A stretch of DNA of 62,523 nucleotides, filler included, from Streblomastix strix (Eukaryota): NCBI GenBank assembly GCA_008636045.1. It is 4 parts of 4 records of this genome, joined end to end, with 100 filler letters (N's around TTAATTAATTAA, not from the genome) between each part and the next. Parts side by side here need not be neighbours in the genome. Positions count along the whole stretch, not along the records: positions 46,975 to 62,523 come from SNRW01000967.1; 3 more parts are not named here. The stretch is one strand, 5' to 3'. The notes below the pieces were generated by a model that saw only the letters and a program-made list of their open reading frames with translations, was not told the origin of the DNA and ran no database searches. The position numbers and the translations under genes were made by a program. Below, in pieces: positions 55,901-62,523 of the stretch; position 1 is the first letter of the stretch; each line of letters begins with the position of its first letter.

Positions 55901-58900
55901 GAATAAAGATTATCCAGTAATATTAAACTTAGATGAAAGGCTATATATATATATAATCCTCCTCCTTACTAACTAGAAGAACAATCTTTAAAAGACAATT
56001 AATTTACAACTATAATTGCATAAGCACGACATATAACATACATTCCGCCACCTCTATTTGAAGGACATTTCTCATATTCAAGTTATCCAGTCATATTAAT
56101 TTGTTCTCCAGTATTATTACATTTCGTATTAAAACCACCTCCATCTGTAATACTTGAACAATTCTTAAAAGTAGTTTTTCCATTAATTGAAAATTTGGGC
56201 CCATCTTACGCAAAAATTGTTAATCCACCTCCATCTGAGGCTGAACAGTTCTCAAAACTAAGATTGGTTAATTCTAAATAAGTACTATAATTTTACATAT
56301 CAATTCTAATTCCTCCTCCTTAATTAGCTTCACAATTACTGAAAGATGAATTTGATATTGAAACTTTCCCTCCAGTATCGATTATCAGATTTACCCCTCC
56401 ACCTTTACAATTCTCAAATATTATACTTTCTAATTCTAATTTTGAATTTAATGATGATACGCTAGAATATATTCCACCTCCATCATTAGCTTCACATTGA
56501 TCGAACGATGAATTTGATATTGTTGCTTATCCTCCATTAGCAATATATAGATAAATAGCTCCTCCATTACTATCATAACTTTCGCATTGAATGAATTCGG
56601 AATCTTTAATCAATAATTGACTTCCTGTTTATAAATCAGCATTAATTGCAGCTCCATTTCCAGTTTCAGATAATTAAATATTAGAGAATGCTGTTTAATT
56701 GATAATAATATTATTAATTCGATATATTTCGGTTGAAATTTAATCTGATCTAATCATTATTAAACTTTAATAATTATCATATTTATAATTTTTTATCCAT
56801 GTTCGAATAATATTCATTTATCCTCCATTAATTGATATTATTGAATGTGAAAGACTTGAACTTGAATTTGAACTTGAATAAGAAGATGAATCTTGATTGA
56901 ATTCACAATCAATTATTGTTATATTAGCTTGTTATGTATTATCAGAGCTTGTTATTGACATTAGTGCATTTGTTGAAGATGGATTAAGATTATCAAAATG
57001 AAGTCCAAGAAGTGAAAGATTTCCTGTTTCACTTATTGTGAAGAGAGAATTGCTAAATGATGATGTTGAGATTGATTGTTTAGAATATTCAGTCGAATTC
57101 GAAATATATTAAAATGATCTTATTTAAATTTCATTTCCGATTTTCGTGTTAGAATCAATTATTATTTCATTTTCAAGTGAACTATTACTTATTAATTCAA
57201 TATTAATAATTCCTGAACTTGGATATTATAAGATATTATTTTTATCAAGATTTAGTATCGAATTTATTATTAAGCAAGGTTTGTTAATCGATCCACAGTT
57301 CGCTTTATTTGTTCCCGAATTTGCATTAACATAATATGGATCTTAATATCTTAAGAATAGACTAGAGAAAAGAGGAATATTATTATTAATTATTGTTCCA
57401 TCTCCAACATCCGACTCGTCAATTCCCATATAATCTTATTAATAGCTATTATTATAATAAAGATTTATTGTTTCATTTACTTAAAGAAGATTATTAATTT
57501 CAATTGCTTCTCCTGTTATATATGTATCTATGGATTCAATATGGATATTATTTCCAATGTTTTAAATGGCTTAACATGATCTAAATATAAGAGATCTAAG
57601 AATCAAATTTGTACTTGATAGATCAGATCCAACTATTTATGTCTTAATATAAATACCTCCACCCCATCCAAATAATTATGTTGATGAAGATGTTCCACTA
57701 ATCGTTTAACAATCTATGAATGATGTGTTGCATATTTCAATCTTTCCATCTTTGTTCATTTGAATTAATGAGATAGCTCCTCCATTCCCAGGCTAACTGC
57801 TGATACATCTTTCAAATTTACTTAAATCTTTGATTATTATTTTACTTAATGAATTTAATATTCCTTTAATTCCTGATCCTCCTGATCCTTCATTTTATTC
57901 AATATCAATAAATTAACTGCTTATAATTTCAATTTCATTCTTTCGATAATATTAAGAACTCTAAATTTAATCCGATTTTATCATTATTATACTGTTTTCA
58001 TTCCTCAATTTATAATTTTATATTTTTGTCCGAATAATACTCATTTATCCTCCATTAATTGATATTATTGAGTGAGAAAGATTTGGAATTGGATCTGGAG
58101 TTTGATCTTAATTGAATTCACAATCAATTATCGATAGAACTGGAATTAAATTATTATCATCATTTCTTAATGAAATAAGTGGAGTTGATGATGATGGATT
58201 AAGATTATCGAAATGCAGTCCAAGAAGAGAAAGATGACCTACATCACTTATTGTGAAGAGAGAATTGCTAAATGATGATGTTGAGATTGATTGTTTATTG
58301 TAAATGTCTTCATCAGCTTCGGGTGAATATCCTTCAGATTAGATTATAACATTTCCAGTATTTAATGTCATTGAATTTATTTGAATGTTATTATCAAGTT
58401 CTGTATTTGAAGTCAATATTATTGAATAATTTGTATCTGGTGGTGGAATTCCTGATAATGGAGTTGGATTTCTATCAATCGCATATTTAATTGTTTAACA
58501 CATAGAAGATTGTTATCCACAGAATTTAATATCTTTTCCATTAATAGAATCAATGTATGTTGGATTTGGAACATTTGATGTAAACGATTATTCAAATAGA
58601 GGATTATGAAGATCAAGATCTGTTGTTCCTGGATTAGATGTTTAAATAGATTAATTTATTCCCATATAATCATATGCATATTAAAGGGATGTGTAAAGAT
58701 CAGATATTATATTTGAAGGATTAGATAAGTCTTTGACTGTAATAAGATTTCCATTTTTAATTGCTTCTCCAGTTGCAAGTGTGTTATCTGACATAATATG
58801 AATATTATTTCCGATTGAATTAACTGCTGAACATCCACTGAAAATAAGATCTCTCATTAAGAAATTTGATTCATTAAGATTTTCTCCAATAATTGAAGTG

Positions 58901-61900
58901 CTTATTCTGATTGCTCCTCCCCATCCATAACTTTAATCGGATGAATTTGAAATAGTTTTACAATTAATGAATGATGAATTAGTGATTGATATTATTGAAT
59001 TAGGATCTTGAAATAAACATAAAGCTCCTCCATCTCCAGGCTAAGTACTAGCGCAACTATCAAATGTTGCATTTTCAATATTAATTGTACCATATTATAA
59101 ATATGTATTAATTCCTCCTCCATTATTAGATATACTTTTACATTCAGTAAAGAAACTTTAATCTTAAACATTAATTTATCCTCCATTATAAATACTCAAA
59201 TATATTCCACCTCCAGATTTGCCTGAGCAATTATCAAATATAATATAATCTGTTGAACTAAAATTAACATTTCCTCCTTAAATTTATAAGTATAATCCAC
59301 CACCAGATTAATTACTCTCACAATTTTGAAATGATGTTGATCCTGTAATAGATAATTATCCATTATCAATAATTGAACATATTCCACCTCCTACTTTAGC
59401 TGAACAATCTTTAAATGAAATTTTATTTAAATTGGCAGTTGATTAATTATAAATTCTTAAGTACATTCCACCTCCACCTTAAGTCGAACTACAATTATCA
59501 AATTCAATTTATCCAGTTATTAGAATTGAACTTTCTGATCCGTTGCATAATACATCAAATCCTCCTGCATATCCATAATCATCAATATTATTACATTTAC
59601 AATTATTGAATAAAATTGAACTTGAAATTGATAATTGTCCATCATCTTCTGCAAAAACTATTAATCCACCTCCATTTTTGCTTTCGCAGTTATTAAATAT
59701 AATCTAATCTGTTGAAATAATATTAACATTTCCTCCTTAAATTTCAATATAACATCCACCACCAGATTAATTACTCTCGCAATTTTGGAATGATGTTAAT
59801 CCATTAATAGTTAATTATCCTTCAAAAACATGAACATCTAATCCTCCTCCAAAAGAAGCTGAACAATCTTTGAATGTTAATTAATTAATTTCAACTATAG
59901 ATTTATTGTTAATTATTATATACATTCCACCTCCAGCATAAGTCGAGCTACAATTATCAAATTCAATTTATCCAGTTATTAGAATTGAACTTTCTGATCC
60001 GTTACTTTTTAAATAAATTCCACCTCCATATACTTTTTCATCAATATTATTACTTTTACAATTATTGAATAAAATTGAACTTGAAATTGATAATTGTCCA
60101 TCATCTTCTGCAAAAACTATTAATCCACCTCCAAATTTGCTTTTGCAATTATCAAATATAATCTAATCTGTTGAACTAAATGCAACATTTCCTCCTTAAA
60201 TTTATAATTAGAATCCACCACCAGAATAATTACTCACACAATTCTGAAATGAAGTTAATCCTGTAATTGATAAATATCCTCCATCATAAGTTATTACAAG
60301 TAATCCTCCTCCATATACACCTGAACAATTCTCAAAACTAAGACTGGCTAATTCTAAAATGGAGTTTTTTGTATGTAATTAAATATACATTCCACCTCCA
60401 TCACTAGCTTCACAATTACTGAATGATGAATTTGATATTGTTGCTTATCCTCCATTATCAATATTTAGATAAATAGCTCCTCCATTACTATCATAACTTT
60501 TGCATTGAATGAATTCGGAATCTTTAATCAGTAATTGACTTCCTGTTTATAATTAAGAATTAATTGCAGGTCCATTTCCAGTTCCTGATCTATGTATATT
60601 GGAGAATGTTGATTCAATGATAACAATATTATTAATTCTACAAACTCCTGCCGAAATTATATCCGATTTAATTAATAAATAACTTTGATTATAAATAAAT
60701 TTATAATTTTATAATTTTGTTTTAATAATATTCATTTATCCTCCATTAATTAATATTATTGAATGTGAAAGACTTGAACTTGAATAAGAAGATGAATCTT
60801 GATTGAATTCACAATCAATTATTGTTATTTTAGGTTGTTATGTTTTATCAGAGCTTGTTATTGAGATAAGTGCATTTGTAGAAGATGGATTAAGATTATC
60901 GAAATGAAGTCCAAGAAGAGAAAGATCTCCTGTTTCACTTATTGTGAATAGAGAATCGCTAAATGATGATGTTGAGATTGATTGTTTATTATAAGTATCT
61001 TCTTCAGCTTCGTGTGAATATCCTTCAGATTGAATAATTACTTTTCCATTAAGTAATGTCGTTGAGTTTATTTGTATATTTGTATCAAGTTCTGTATTTG
61101 AAGTCAATATTATTGAATAACTTGTATCTGGTGGTGGATTTTCTGATAATGGATTTGGATCTCTATCAATTGAATATTTGATTGTTTTACACATTGTTTA
61201 AATTCCTCCACAGAATTTAATATTATTTCCATTAATAGAATCAATATATGTTGGATTTGGAACATTCGATGTAAAGGATTATTCAAATAGAGGATTATGA
61301 AGATCAAGATCTGTTGTTCCTGGATTATTTGTTTCTATTGATTAATTGATTCCTATATAATCATATGCATATGAAGGGGATGTGTAAAGATCAGATATTA
61401 TATTTGAAGGATTAGATAAGTCTTTGACTGTAATAAGATTTCCATTCTTAATTGCTTCACCAGTTGCAGATGTATTAATTGAATCAATATGAATATTATT
61501 TCCGACTGAATTGACTGCTGAACATCCAATGAAAACAAGATCTCTCATTAAGAAATTTGATTCATTAAGATTTTCTCCAATAATTGAAGTGCTTATTCTG
61601 ATTGCTCCTCCCCATCCATAACTTTAATCGGATGAATTTAAAATAGTTTTACAATTAATGAATGATGAATTAGTGATTAATATCATTGAATAAAGTCCTT
61701 GAATCAAAGCTATTCCTCCTCCATTCCCAGGTTGAGTACAACTGCAAGAATAAAATGTTGTATCTTCTATATAAACTGTACCATCATTTATATCTGATAA
61801 AATTCCACCTCCATTACCTGAGATACTTTTGCATTCTTTAAATAAACACTAATTTAAAATGTTTATTTTGCCTCCATATACAGAAATTAATATTCCACCG

Positions 61901-62523
61901 CCCCAAGTTGAAGTACAATCTTCAAATTTCACTGCATCTTCTAAAATGAGTTAACTGTCCAAATCAAAAATATTAACGCGAATACCTCCACCATATTCAG
62001 AAGAATTACATTCAGTAAATTTGCATTATCCATCAATAATCATTTACCCACCAGATTCTATTTAAACAAATATTCCACCTCCATAATAAGCTTCGCATTG
62101 ATCGAAAGATGAATTTGATATTGTTACTTATCCTTAATTGTTAATATTTAGATAAATAGCTCCTCCTTAAGAAGATCCTTTGCATTAAATAAATTCAGTA
62201 TCATTAATCAATAACTAATTTCCGGTTTATAAATAAGCACTAATTGTATATCCATTTCCAATTCCAGATTATTCTATATCAATAAATTAACTGCTTATAA
62301 TTTAAATTAAATTAATTCGATAAACTAAGCTTGAAATTTAATCTGATTTAATGATTAAATAACTTTTATCATTACTGAATTTATAATTTTCTATCAATGT
62401 TCGAATAATGCTCATTTATCCTCCATTAATTGATATTATTGAATGTGAAAGACTTGAACTTGAATTTGAACTTGAACTTGAATAAGAAGATGAATCTTGA
62501 TTGAATTCACAATCAATTATTGT
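46975..62523 (-). CDS. Giant (>5,000 codon) repetitive right-handed beta-helix / Pmp-like surface protein, open at both ends; one 2-nt frameshift at ~55943 and one internal TGA at 52022
   Basis: Dozens of F-x-x-C...GG(A/G)(I/L/M)Y repeats are arranged in about nine larger modules. Each module is opened by a Y(I/V)D/N...G.D...CG....C.TI cap and closed by GNNIHI...YMG...PLF. One frame runs 62523-55945 and another 55942 to ~47010. No introns seen. Confidence 0.8.

Noticed and set aside
46975..62523. CRISPR array or bacterial contaminant contig
   Set aside because: The repeats are long, degenerate and protein-coding with no repeat-spacer pattern. In-frame TAA/TAG=Gln usage shows host nuclear origin.

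Overview
The window is four unrelated contigs of about 15.55 kb (1-15560, 15661-31217, 31318-46874, 46975-62523) joined by artificial N44-TTAATTAATTAA-N44 spacers. The DNA is very AT-rich and eukaryotic, with short GT-AG introns, and TAA/TAG are read as Gln, so the supplied ORF track shows only fragments and shadow frames. Code, kinase type, DIRS element and beta-helix proteins point to the oxymonad Streblomastix strix or a relative (inference). Contents: the 3' end of an LCAT/PLA-type lipase; a >4,300-aa midasin-derived AAA+ / 3x vWA / GATase-like / protein-kinase fusion; the 3' end of a PAP2 phosphatase; a ~3,600-codon low-complexity protein; a membrane sensor ending in a hemerythrin-like domain; an MROH1-like HEAT protein; a degenerate NEK-like kinase abutting a dead DIRS retrotransposon; and a >5,000-codon Pmp-like beta-helix repeat protein. 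Two main findings. (1) TGA ends every host gene whose 3' end I could identify, yet it also occurs repeatedly inside long, otherwise intact frames and at conserved Trp positions. This suggests an ambiguous code in which all three stop codons can be sense (NCBI table 27-like). (2) The giant AAA-vWA-kinase fusion has an architecture I do not recognise.
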